Of a DNA stretch of 64,000 nt, positions 9,039 through 17,258 are shown in pieces. Within the stretch, counting starts at the first letter, position 1; every line of letters begins with the position of its first letter. The translations under genes were made by a program, and so were the position numbers. The DNA is from a virus: the IMG/VR virus record IMGVR_UViG_3300031414_000008, positions 118,633 through 182,632 of that record. The stretch is one strand, 5' to 3'. Under the pieces are notes generated by a model. It saw nothing but the letters and a program-made list of their open reading frames with translations, searched no databases and had not been told where the DNA came from.

Positions 9039-9980
9039 ATGGCAACTTTCAAACCGGCACTCATCAACTTCTTCGGCGAGCCGATCGCAGTAATCGAAAC
9101 CGAGATTGAAGTGCAGACTGCCGACGGCGTTCGCATTGAGCCGGTGCTGGGCGTCGTGGCTCGTCGTCTGGTAGAACAGCTAGGTCTTGACTGGCCAAGC
9201 CAGTTAGAGAAACTCAAGAACGATGAAGACAATCGTTATGGTGTGTTTGAAGCGAAAGCTCAGGCTGAAGATGGCCGCATGATCACTTCAACCATCATCC
9301 CTCTGACTTCCGTCAACGCCTTCCTCTTCAGCATTAACCGTAACAAGATCAGTCCGGACGACATGATCGAAACCAAACTGGCGAACGGTGAAGTTATCCG
9401 TGAAAGCAAACGTGCTAAGCTCGTCCGCTATCAGGATGAGTGTGCAATGGTGTTACATGACTATTGGATCCATGGTGCAGCTATGAACTTCCGTGCAAAC
9501 CCTTCCGAACTCGACTCTCAGAAAACCTACGACATTCTGCAGACTTCCCGTAAGCGTTACAACAACATGTTTAACAACCTGGTCGGCTCTGTCGTAGAGA
9601 GCAAAGGTCACCGTGGTGAAGCGTTCGAAGCGGAAATCAAAGTGTTCGCTGACACGCTGGACCGTGAAGTGCGTGACGCGATCAAACTGTGCATGAACGC
9701 TCAGGAGCTGGACTTCGATAAGGGCCTGATCCGTAAGATGGGCGAAGCGGGTATCCGTGAGATCTCCGGTATCGAAGCGATGCACGTCTCTATCCTGGAG
9801 AACTGCGTCTGTGACCTGATCGGTCTGTTCCGTCGTAAAGAGATCGGCAATGGCGAAGACTACTCCATCATCCTGGATACTCTGCCGGAGTACTTCTCTG
9901 ACTACCTCAACAACGTTGGTAACCAGGTTCTGAACATGCGTTCAACCTACAACCGCGGTAAAGGTCTGTTCGTTCAGTAA
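9039..9980 (+). CDS. P22_AR_N antirepressor-domain DNA-binding protein
   Basis: F.G..I ... RRLVEQLGLDWPSQLEKLK ... AFLFSIN..K ... KLVRYQDECAMVLHDYW. Confidence 0.85.
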   Translation: MATFKPALINFFGEPIAVIETEIEVQTADGVRIEPVLGVVARRLVEQLGLDWPSQLEKLKNDEDNRYGVFEAKAQAEDGRMITSTIIPLTSVNAFLFSINRNKISPDDMIETKLANGEVIRESKRAKLVRYQDECAMVLHDYWIHGAAMNFRANPSELDSQKTYDILQTSRKRYNNMFNNLVGSVVESKGHRGEAFEAEIKVFADTLDREVRDAIKLCMNAQELDFDKGLIRKMGEAGIREISGIEAMHVSILENCVCDLIGLFRRKEIGNGEDYSIILDTLPEYFSDYLNNVGNQVLNMRSTYNRGKGLFVQ

Positions 9981-9988
9981 ATTCTAAC

Positions 9989-10006
9989 GGCCCTCTTCGG
10001 AGGGCC
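9989..10006 (+). terminator. UUCG hairpin without U-tract (terminator or RNA-stabilising hairpin)
   Basis: ggccctc-ttcg-gagggcc. Confidence 0.5.
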
Positions 10007-10019
10007 AAAAGGAGATTCA

Positions 10020-10454
10020 ATGGAACTTTTAGTCACGATGTCTACCCGCAAGGGTCAATTCTTCTCGCCGCTCTGGACGTGGCACGGTCAGGAGTACGGT
10101 CAACACCAAATCCACTTGATGATCAAGATGCCAGAGACCGTGCAGGAGCTTCGCGAGTCCTGCGATTGCTGCGGCATGCAGTTACCGATGGCCAAACTCC
10201 TGGACTCGATTCGCCTACGCGGCTCCGGTGTCGGCCCCGAGATGTTCGATCGTCTCATGAGTGATTTCTGCATGACTATTGGAGATGCCAATACCCGTGG
10301 TATCATCTGGCAGACCGAGGACGAATGTATTGAGCTCACGTGTGTTTTCCTGAACAACGAAACTCACGTCCGGGACCACAAGACGGTCTATGATCTCCCC
10401 GGCTTGATTAACTTCACCAAAGACCTTACACTATCTAAAGCGTGGTCTGAGTAG
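10020..10454 (+). CDS. hypothetical protein
   Basis: aaggag RBS, 144 aa. Confidence 0.75.
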   Translation: MELLVTMSTRKGQFFSPLWTWHGQEYGQHQIHLMIKMPETVQELRESCDCCGMQLPMAKLLDSIRLRGSGVGPEMFDRLMSDFCMTIGDANTRGIIWQTEDECIELTCVFLNNETHVRDHKTVYDLPGLINFTKDLTLSKAWSE

Positions 10455-10540
10455 GGCGGTGTCCCCACAACGGTCTTCTAAGCCGTTAGCATATAAAAGT
10501 GGGAAGGAGCTGAGAGGTTCGATTCCTCCACCGTCTACCA
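10454..10540 (+). ncRNA. atypical tRNA-like RNA (anticodon TCT/Arg, encoded CCA, no canonical D-arm)
   Basis: acceptor gggcggt/accgtct + A-CCA; T-loop ttcgatt; 6-bp stem aacggt/gccgtt around 7-nt loop cttctaa; only 8 nt where the D-arm should be. Confidence 0.7.
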
Positions 10541-10552
10541 ACAGGAAACACT

Positions 10553-10756
10553 ATGAACAAACTCAAAATTTGGTGGCTCAAACGCCGCCTCCGTCGTCTC
10601 TACCGCCGCTTCAACGAGGACTACTCCTTCTGGCAGTGCGGTAATGAACTCCTCAATGAAGTCACCGGCGGCCGCTTCGAACGCGACCGAGCCCGTATCC
10701 GTAAACTGAAAGATCACCTCCGGGAGATCGATCCTAACTTTCCGAAGGCAGCATGA
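10553..10756 (+). CDS. hypothetical basic protein
   Basis: agga RBS, 67 aa, ATGA overlap with next gene. Confidence 0.75.
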   Translation: MNKLKIWWLKRRLRRLYRRFNEDYSFWQCGNELLNEVTGGRFERDRARIRKLKDHLREIDPNFPKAA

Positions 10757-10944
10757 GCAAGAAATCCCAAGGTATCCGCTCCCGTCGTACGGCAGACGGT
10801 ATCATCGAACTGTGGCTCGGTGAACCTGGCGAAGCAGAGAGTGAACGTATCATGTCCGTCTCTGACTTTTATCTCCCCGGCATCCTCTACACGCTCGAGA
10901 ACATCCAGAAAGCCCCCGTCGTAGAACGCCATACGTATAAATAA
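10753..10944 (+). CDS. hypothetical protein
   Basis: 63 aa, translationally coupled. Confidence 0.65.
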   Translation: MSKKSQGIRSRRTADGIIELWLGEPGEAESERIMSVSDFYLPGILYTLENIQKAPVVERHTYK

Positions 10945-10995
10945 CCCCGCCCCTCCGTGGTATAAGAACAGTGTAAACAACCAAGGAGAATTCGT

Positions 10996-11304
10996 ATGTT
11001 CAATCAAGACCCGCATGAAAAGTTCCAGGAAGATCTCGCTGAGTTTGACCTGGGTGCTGCATTCCGTCAGTTCTTCTCTGATAACGTTACCCTATGTCTG
11101 GCCGTCCTGGCAGTATCGGCTATCGCTGCTCTCGCAAACGGTGCCAAAGGTATCCTCACTCATCGACGTGTGGGTACTGTTCTGCTGGTCATCATGGTGT
11201 GCCGTGCGTTCCACGCCGGTGCCACTGCTAACCGTCGCCCTATCGTATTTAAGGACGTCACCCCTCCGAAGGAAGATGAACATGATCCAAAACAAGATAG
11301 CTAA
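10996..11304 (+). CDS. membrane protein
   Basis: two hydrophobic segments; promoter motif at 10959 and aaggag RBS. Confidence 0.75.
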   Translation: MFNQDPHEKFQEDLAEFDLGAAFRQFFSDNVTLCLAVLAVSAIAALANGAKGILTHRRVGTVLLVIMVCRAFHAGATANRRPIVFKDVTPPKEDEHDPKQDS

Positions 11305-11701
11305 TGCACTGAAGTTTGCCCGCGAGCATGGGCACACACAGCACGCGAAGATCCTCGCCATTGTGGAAGGTGAAATGCGTGATCTGGCACGGCGTAAGCT
11401 GACTGATGGTCGCGATCCGATTCTTCACGATGGAGAGGCGAATGAGATCCTCAAACGTCACTTACGTCACGCGGGCGTCACTCTGCAGATGAAGCCGGAT
11501 GACCCTACTGCCGAGCTCGTGATCGACATCCTCAGCGACTTCCACGTCGAAGAGGTCATGAGCGACTCCGAGATTCGTCAACGCATCAAAGCTTCCGGTC
11601 TCCGGGAGCCCCGTCAGATCCTCAGACATCTCAACTCCTTCGGTGGAGCGGTGGACATGTCCCGTGCGAGAAGTATCGTGCGGACCGTGTACGGGGAATA
11701 A
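11282..11701 (+). CDS. YqeY/GatB-C-like helical protein
   Basis: A.K.A....... ...IL..V.GE ... E...IL......E.MS..EI pattern resembles YqeY. Confidence 0.55.
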   Translation: MIQNKIANALKFAREHGHTQHAKILAIVEGEMRDLARRKLTDGRDPILHDGEANEILKRHLRHAGVTLQMKPDDPTAELVIDILSDFHVEEVMSDSEIRQRIKASGLREPRQILRHLNSFGGAVDMSRARSIVRTVYGE

Positions 11702-11703
11702 CA

Positions 11704-11724
11704 GGACCCCGCTTCGGCGGGGCG
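11704..11724 (+). terminator. hairpin (possible terminator)
   Basis: ccccgc-ttcg-gcgggg. Confidence 0.55.
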
Positions 11725-11757
11725 TCCTATCAGTAACTTTGCTTTAAGGTGAGACCC

Positions 11758-11928
11758 ATGACTCAATGTGTCTTCTGCAACCGGTCTGCAGTGTTGGAAA
11801 AGACCGAGAAGTATACCGTGGGAGAACGTCAGTTCGAACACACATTCTCCTACTGTGAGAGCTGCAAGGAAGACTTTGTGACTCCACAACAACAGCAACT
11901 CAACGAAGAACGTCGGAGCAAACCATGA
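11758..11928 (+). CDS. stand-alone YgiT/MqsA-type zinc-finger protein (56 aa; not in ORF track)
   Basis: MTQCVFC...YTVGERQFEHTFSYCESCKEDFVTPQQ; aaggtg RBS; ATGA overlap with HD gene. Confidence 0.7.
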   Translation: MTQCVFCNRSAVLEKTEKYTVGERQFEHTFSYCESCKEDFVTPQQQQLNEERRSKP

Positions 11929-12758
11929 GCACAATCGACCCTAACGAATTCACCAAGGGTGAAGTCTACGCTCGTGAGAACCTGCTCGATAAGGTCTTCA
12001 AGTTAGATACTGACGTCGCCGTCAGCCTAATCGACCAAATCGAGGCACAATACTATGGTACTCCTTCTTATGAAGCTGGTGTTCGTAGTTACTGCCACAA
12101 ACTGTATGACCAGTTAGGGGTAAAGACTATGAACAAACGTGTTGAAACTGAAGAAGCCTTCGGCATTGCCGGGGCACACCGTAAGCTGCAGCGTGCGTGG
12201 GATTTCGCTAAGGAAGCACACGCCGGGCAGGTCCGTAAGGGCACCGGAGGTGACTACTTCGAAGGTCATCTCGTTCCTGTGGCCCGGGCGGTCTCTGACT
12301 TCGTGACACTGCACAATCCATCTATGGACCAGGTGATCACGATCCGTCAGGTGAACATGGTGTGTGCGGCGCTGCTGCACGACTGTAAGGAAGATCAGGG
12401 TGTGACCGAGCTGACTCTCGTCCGAGAGTTCGGTGAAGATGTCGCTACTCTGGTAGAAGGCATGACGCACGAAACGGTGGGTAACCGTGCACAGCGTGAA
12501 GCGGCAACGCGTCACAAGCTGATCAATGCCGATTGGCGTGTCCGTTTACTGAAGTGCTTTGATATCCAGCACAACGGTTCAGACTTGGCGATGATTGATC
12601 CGGGATTCGGTACCGTGTGGTACAAAGAGAAACTCGAGTTGATTACTGCTGAGGATGGGAAGTTCTTAGAAGGGATCCCTACGATTGTGCAGGAATCCCT
12701 TAAGACTACTATCGGGCTCGGACTTCAACTGTCTTACGCCTTAAGCGCCAAGAAGTAA
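11925..12758 (+). CDS. HD-domain (p)ppGpp hydrolase-like (SpoT/Mesh1, HD_4)
   Basis: FAKEAHAGQVRK..G.DY..H...VA, AALLHDCKED, FGEDVATLVEGMT, K.FD..HN. Confidence 0.85.
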   Translation: MSTIDPNEFTKGEVYARENLLDKVFKLDTDVAVSLIDQIEAQYYGTPSYEAGVRSYCHKLYDQLGVKTMNKRVETEEAFGIAGAHRKLQRAWDFAKEAHAGQVRKGTGGDYFEGHLVPVARAVSDFVTLHNPSMDQVITIRQVNMVCAALLHDCKEDQGVTELTLVREFGEDVATLVEGMTHETVGNRAQREAATRHKLINADWRVRLLKCFDIQHNGSDLAMIDPGFGTVWYKEKLELITAEDGKFLEGIPTIVQESLKTTIGLGLQLSYALSAKK

Positions 12759-13250
12759 TGCCCGTTCGGCTTGGCGTCTCTTAACCAAACCGGGTAGGGT
12801 CTTCCCAGCGGAGCGGGTCCAGGAGAGCAGGCTGTCACCAGCTGCTCGAATGTTACCCGCCCGCATATTTCGCAGAACAGAAGAAGGCTCACCATTGCGT
12901 AAAGTAATAAGTCCATCTTTAACTCCTTTCTTGCCAGGACCTACATTGTACACAAAGGAAACCAAAGCATCAAATTCATTTTGCTTAAGCGGTAAGCCTA
13001 AACCGTTGATGATGTCCTCAGCCCACGCCACGTCTGCGGCGAAGAGACGGTCGATCTCGGCATCACTGAGGGTTTTCCCGTCATAGGACGTGTCACCTTT
13101 TTTCACCAAGTGACCGACCCCGATGGTCGGAAAGCCTTTAGCGTCCGCTGCACGGGCGATCGTCTTGCTCGTTGCATCGTCGTAGAGTTTCGAGCGACGA
13201 CCTTCGAATTGTTCCATTTCGGCCTTACCGGCCGCACTGAGTTTGAACAT
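12741..13250 (-). CDS. GH24 (T4/lambda-R-like) lysozyme, probable endolysin
   Basis: FEG...LY.D....TIGVGH, QNEFDALVSFVYNVG, W......LPGLVKRRQAE. Confidence 0.92.
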   Translation of the reverse strand: MFKLSAAGKAEMEQFEGRRSKLYDDATSKTIARAADAKGFPTIGVGHLVKKGDTSYDGKTLSDAEIDRLFAADVAWAEDIINGLGLPLKQNEFDALVSFVYNVGPGKKGVKDGLITLRNGEPSSVLRNMRAGNIRAAGDSLLSWTRSAGKTLPGLVKRRQAERALLLGA

Positions 13251-13286
13251 AGTTAGTACCTCCAATCGTTATTTTAAGGAACCAAC

Positions 13287-13610
13287 ATGAACTGCATCGT
13301 GACATCCTGGTCGGATTTCAACCCAGAGATTGACGATATGCCCAATCGTCTGAAGTGGAAGGAACAGCGGGCATGGATTTACAAGAACTTACTCCGGAGG
13401 AAGAAGCAGCGGTTCTCGTGCTTTGAGGTCGGCGGCAACTATGAAGCGGCTGCACGGCTGTCTTCGATGATTCGTCAAGGGATCGTCGAGATCACCGGCG
13501 GGGATTTCCCGTGGTCAACGTACAAGCTTCACGCCAAGCGTACTACCCAGCGGCGCCGTCGTTCACTGATCCGCTTTAAAGACAACAGCATTCTTCTGGA
13601 GGCCGTATGA
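13287..13610 (+). CDS. hypothetical protein
   Basis: 107 aa, aagga RBS. Confidence 0.7.
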   Translation: MNCIVTSWSDFNPEIDDMPNRLKWKEQRAWIYKNLLRRKKQRFSCFEVGGNYEAAARLSSMIRQGIVEITGGDFPWSTYKLHAKRTTQRRRRSLIRFKDNSILLEAV

Positions 13611-14023
13611 AATACCTATTGTTACTGGCGTTAACCGGCTTCTTCTCCTGGCCGTACTATCACCGTATGCGTTCCTTCAAATTCAGTGGTGGGATGAGCT
13701 ATGCATTGGCTCTTCTCCCAAGTTTCATGATTGCTTTCGGTATTGCCAATATCATCGTCGATTTGAATAACGGGACGTTCATCGATTTCACTCATCTGCC
13801 GGATATACTGACGAAGGTAACCTACGTAGTGTTCTGCTGCATTCTCAGCGGGGTATTCTGCTGGTTGATGTTCACGGCGGACTGGATGAACGATAGTAGT
13901 AGTACTGGATGGAGTGCGGATGGGGATGGAGCATTCGTCCTCGCTATCTGCCTGTTTGCCGTCTGCGTACTACAGGCTTACTTCGTCACGGACGTCATCA
14001 TCAAAGCGGCAATGGTCATATGA
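13607..14023 (+). CDS. multi-TM membrane protein
   Basis: four hydrophobic segments; ATGA coupling. Confidence 0.75.
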   Translation: MKYLLLLALTGFFSWPYYHRMRSFKFSGGMSYALALLPSFMIAFGIANIIVDLNNGTFIDFTHLPDILTKVTYVVFCCILSGVFCWLMFTADWMNDSSSTGWSADGDGAFVLAICLFAVCVLQAYFVTDVIIKAAMVI

Positions 14024-14544
14024 TCGGCAACAGAAAAGGGATCCTTCGGTGGAAGGCCGCGAGGATCGTCCAGCACGCGTGGTCCCGTTTGTACTGCAAT
14101 ATTTACGGGCACTTCTACCGTCCGTGCTTTATGCAACGCGGTGCGATGTCTCAGTATACGTGCGAGTGTTGCGGACAGTTGACACCGTGGATGAATAAAC
14201 GTGAACACCACGCGTTCTTGCTGGAATTCCGCCCCACCTGGGGTGAACGTGGAAGTGATTCACAGGAGTATAGAAAGATGGGTAAACTTCATAGACCACC
14301 TCTTGAGAGGACTATCGGCGAACCCGATGGCGGCTGGGTTGGCGGGACGTACATGGTCAGGATTGCTCTGAAAAAATCCAAGGATATCCACAATGCTATC
14401 CTGCATGCACCGTACTTGGACGAGCTTGATCGGCCGACCGGTGCGAATATTTGGGTGCCTCACTTAGAGCGGAACTTCCGGTTGAAGGATCTGCACTATC
14501 TCGAGGTTGTTTCTCGTAACGATGCACTGTCGGAGTTTCTATGA
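14020..14544 (+). CDS. hypothetical protein; C-terminal domain paralogous to next gene
   Basis: start MIGNRK (ATGA overlap); PP.ERTIG.P..GW..GTY motif. Confidence 0.7.
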   Translation: MIGNRKGILRWKAARIVQHAWSRLYCNIYGHFYRPCFMQRGAMSQYTCECCGQLTPWMNKREHHAFLLEFRPTWGERGSDSQEYRKMGKLHRPPLERTIGEPDGGWVGGTYMVRIALKKSKDIHNAILHAPYLDELDRPTGANIWVPHLERNFRLKDLHYLEVVSRNDALSEFL

Positions 14545-14807
14545 ACTTTCCGCCAAAAGAACGGACCATTGGTAAACCGAAAGAGGGTTGGCAGAAGGGC
14601 ACGTATCTCGTGGACGTCTCCTTCCAGACCGGCAATCCGATCCACCCGGCAATCCTTCACGTGAAGTTTCTGCGTAACGGACAACCGATCAACGAGGTCC
14701 TGTGGAACCCCTCGTGGGAAGGTGAGCACCGGATCAGCGATCTGCACTATCTCGAGATCATCAGTCTGGATAAGAAGCTCTCGCATCACTTGGGGCGTGG
14801 CTTTTGA
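14541..14807 (+). CDS. hypothetical protein, tandem paralogue
   Basis: PPKERTIGKPKEGWQKGTY...IH.AILH...DLHYLEI. Confidence 0.75.
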   Translation: MNFPPKERTIGKPKEGWQKGTYLVDVSFQTGNPIHPAILHVKFLRNGQPINEVLWNPSWEGEHRISDLHYLEIISLDKKLSHHLGRGF

Positions 14808-14989
14808 ACGGGCCGATGATGACCGCCTTGGCTCTCTGCGGGGCGCACTGGATAGTGGGTTGGCCGAAGGAGTGGGAGTTCAAGCCGCTCCTGAAGTCGA
14901 TGGCTAAGTGGGCGGGTGTGTACTTCTTCCTGTGGTTCGCTCAATCGGTTCTGTACGTCGAGGTTATCTTAGGATGGTGGCAGTTATAG
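14804..14989 (+). CDS. small membrane protein
   Basis: 61 aa, hydrophobic, coupled. Confidence 0.55.
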   Translation: MNGPMMTALALCGAHWIVGWPKEWEFKPLLKSMAKWAGVYFFLWFAQSVLYVEVILGWWQL

Positions 14990-15123
14990 CTGCAGAGGTC
15001 ATCGGGCTTTCCGTTGGGTTCTGCAGTCTTTGGAAGATCTTTAGGGGGTACGATTCGACCCTCTGGTTCACAATCGCGATGGTGACGCTAAGCGTTTGTG
15101 CTACGTTAATATTGGTGCAATAA
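14974..15123 (+). CDS. small membrane protein
   Basis: 49 aa, two hydrophobic segments. Confidence 0.5.
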   Translation: MVAVIAAEVIGLSVGFCSLWKIFRGYDSTLWFTIAMVTLSVCATLILVQ

Positions 15124-15359
15124 TGTCAGCTATCATGTTATCCCTGATGAGTCTAGGCATAATGCTGACGTCGTTCGGTATTCTGCTGTATTTGGTCTGT
15201 CGTCGCAGGTATAAAGGCTTCAACGGTGTAGTCGCAGCCGTTATGCTCGTTCTCTTCTTAGCGACGACCGCGAACTCAACTCTCTTGGGTGCGTACGGGT
15301 TCAACACACTACGAAATGGAGGCCATAATGGAGCAGGATTATCTCTTTCTCGGGATTGA
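15123..15359 (+). CDS. small membrane protein
   Basis: TAATG coupling; two TM-like segments. Confidence 0.55.
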   Translation: MSAIMLSLMSLGIMLTSFGILLYLVCRRRYKGFNGVVAAVMLVLFLATTANSTLLGAYGFNTLRNGGHNGAGLSLSRD

Positions 15360-15846
15360 TCCCGGTTGGAAAAACCTCGGGTGGGGTATCGTCGACGTCA
15401 ACGGTAAGTCCGTGGCCTCGGGTACGCTGAACCCATCCGAGTACCCTGTTGGTGAACTGCCCTTCGCTCTGCTCGAGAAGATCGAGGAGTACGTTCCCTA
15501 CATCAAAGGCGTATCGATGGAGCGCTATGTGACGTATCAGGGGAAACATAACCCTGACTCTGAGCACATCCTTCTCGTTACCGGCGGTCTGCAGTTCTTC
15601 GTTCGCTTCATGCTCAAGTGTCCGCTTGCCATGTACAAGGCGATCGACTGGAAGACCCCGCTCGCCAAGCACATCTACTTGACCACCGGTCAGGAAAATC
15701 CGTCAGACCGTCTCGACAAGGTGTTCTCTATGTTCGCCGGTGAGACCCTGACCGGGAAGAAGTTCAAGGTCGACCACGAGGCGGACGCATCCTGCCTCGC
15801 CTGGCTCGCCAGTGCCTCCTGGGCGCGTTCTAAGCCCCGTAAGTAG
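15328..15846 (+). CDS. ruvC: RuvC-like Holliday junction resolvase
   Basis: LGIDPG..NLGWGIV, MERY, W K, DHEADA acidic tetrad. Confidence 0.85.
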   Translation: MEQDYLFLGIDPGWKNLGWGIVDVNGKSVASGTLNPSEYPVGELPFALLEKIEEYVPYIKGVSMERYVTYQGKHNPDSEHILLVTGGLQFFVRFMLKCPLAMYKAIDWKTPLAKHIYLTTGQENPSDRLDKVFSMFAGETLTGKKFKVDHEADASCLAWLASASWARSKPRK

Positions 15847-15935
15847 GCTGACCTACGTCCTACCCTTAAAACCGCTCTGAGAGGCTTACAGGAGCTCTCA
15901 GAGCGTATCTCTAAAAATGTTGATAAGGAAACACA

Positions 15936-16436
15936 ATGTTATCTCGCGAAGAAATTATTCAGAAAATCATTGAGGATGAAGCGGTTACAGCTTCCCTGAT
16001 GGAACTGTCCCGTACTCATGATATGGACAAGCTGCACGTTGCCTTCCCGCATTACTTCAAAGCGTGTGCCGCCCTGGCGACCGTCGTTAATGACATGGGC
16101 CTGACGACCACCAACACGCCACCGGACGCAGTGGGCGTTGCCAAACTTCTCCCGTTGGTCACGATCGGTATGCCAGGCTTCAATGACGGCTTCGTGTCTC
16201 ACTGGGGCGATCAGTACCTGAAGATGACGGGGGTCCCGGAGGTCTTCTACGAAGAAGCTGGCCACGAGGCCCGGGCCAAGGGTGAAGGTGGAGAGCCGAA
16301 CTATCTGCATGGCCTGCTCGTCCTGGACTTGATCGGTGACTTGATCGTTCAAATGGCCGGCACCCACTTGATGATGGCAGCGGCGTTCAATATGGAAAAA
16401 GGCCTGCAGGCCGCAAACGGAGACTTCAAAGCATGA
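15936..16436 (+). CDS. hypothetical protein
   Basis: 166 aa, aagga RBS. Confidence 0.75.
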   Translation: MLSREEIIQKIIEDEAVTASLMELSRTHDMDKLHVAFPHYFKACAALATVVNDMGLTTTNTPPDAVGVAKLLPLVTIGMPGFNDGFVSHWGDQYLKMTGVPEVFYEEAGHEARAKGEGGEPNYLHGLLVLDLIGDLIVQMAGTHLMMAAAFNMEKGLQAANGDFKA

Positions 16437-16894
16437 ACGACATCTACCACATCCTGAAAGCGGTCTTCCTGAACGAAACCATGACCTCAGCGATCCGCCA
16501 GGCGGGCTTGGTCCGTCAGCGTCACTTACTCGCGGCACTGCGTGAAGATCCACCGTCAGCCGAACTCGCTCTGTCGACCATGAAGACTCAACACGTGTTC
16601 CTCGCTGAACTGTGCAAGGCGATGACCGAAGAAGGTGTTCCGGCAGAGGTCCTGGATGGTCTGGGCTTCCACTCGCTGATGTTCTTCGGGACTAACCCTC
16701 GGCTCGTCGAGATCGCCATCCTGGCTGTCTCCGGTGAAGAGGAGTACTCGCTCGAGCGGCTGGAAGAGATCATCTCGGTCAAGCCAGACACCTCTGCGAT
16801 CATCGCCGGTGAGGAATTCCCTGTCGACACACTGATGTGGCTGCGTCACATGGGCAACAGCTTTGCCACTTACCTGGTGAAGTGTGCCAAATAA
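16433..16894 (+). CDS. hypothetical protein
   Basis: 153 aa, ATGA coupling. Confidence 0.75.
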   Translation: MNDIYHILKAVFLNETMTSAIRQAGLVRQRHLLAALREDPPSAELALSTMKTQHVFLAELCKAMTEEGVPAEVLDGLGFHSLMFFGTNPRLVEIAILAVSGEEEYSLERLEEIISVKPDTSAIIAGEEFPVDTLMWLRHMGNSFATYLVKCAK

Positions 16895-16897
16895 ACG

Positions 16898-16917
16898 AAG
16901 AGGGGAAACCCTCTTTT
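16898..16917 (+). terminator. Rho-independent terminator
   Basis: aagagg-ggaaac-cctctttt. Confidence 0.7.
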
Positions 16918-16978
16918 AGCTTTTCGTTACATGAAAGGTTACACGAAAACCCTGATATACCGGGCTTTAGAGGGGGTT

Positions 16979-17134
16979 CAAACGTTGTAACCTTTCAAAC
17001 GTCACCCTAAGACATCTATAGGTAGAGTCCTACTATATATATTACGAATGTCTTTTTTATAAAAATAAATAATATATGGACCCTAAGGGGCTATAGGGCT
17101 GTCTTGAGGTGGGTTCGAACGGTTACAACGTTTG
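16979..17134. repeat. 156-bp quasi-palindromic AT-cored element, copy 1 (candidate replication origin)
   Basis: near-identical to 51185..51340 (about 7 mismatches counted by eye); terminal inverted repeats caaacgttgtaacc/ggttacaacgtttg. Confidence 0.9.
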
Positions 17135-17258
17135 AGTCCGCACGATCCGTTAAGCTCTTCGCAAAATCCCCGTAACCTACCTGCCCGAATCTGTGGTATA
17201 CTCAATATTGCCCGATCTGCAGGTATAACTAACATGTAACCCCTAACGGAGATCCTCC

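Noticed and set aside
10475-10481. Reading the tRNA-like loop as an amber (CTA) suppressor
   Set aside because: With the 6-bp stem the 7-nt loop centres on TCT, not CTA
15873-15905. 11-bp inverted repeat cgctctgagag/ctctcagagcg, with vague similarity to about 53770-53800
   Set aside because: Probably a simple terminator or processing hairpin; the similarity to the second site is too weak to call a repeat family
16979-17134. MITE/IS interpretation of the 156-bp repeat
   Set aside because: No target-site duplication seen, no transposase in the window, and similarity extends beyond the inverted repeats, which fits a functional cis site better
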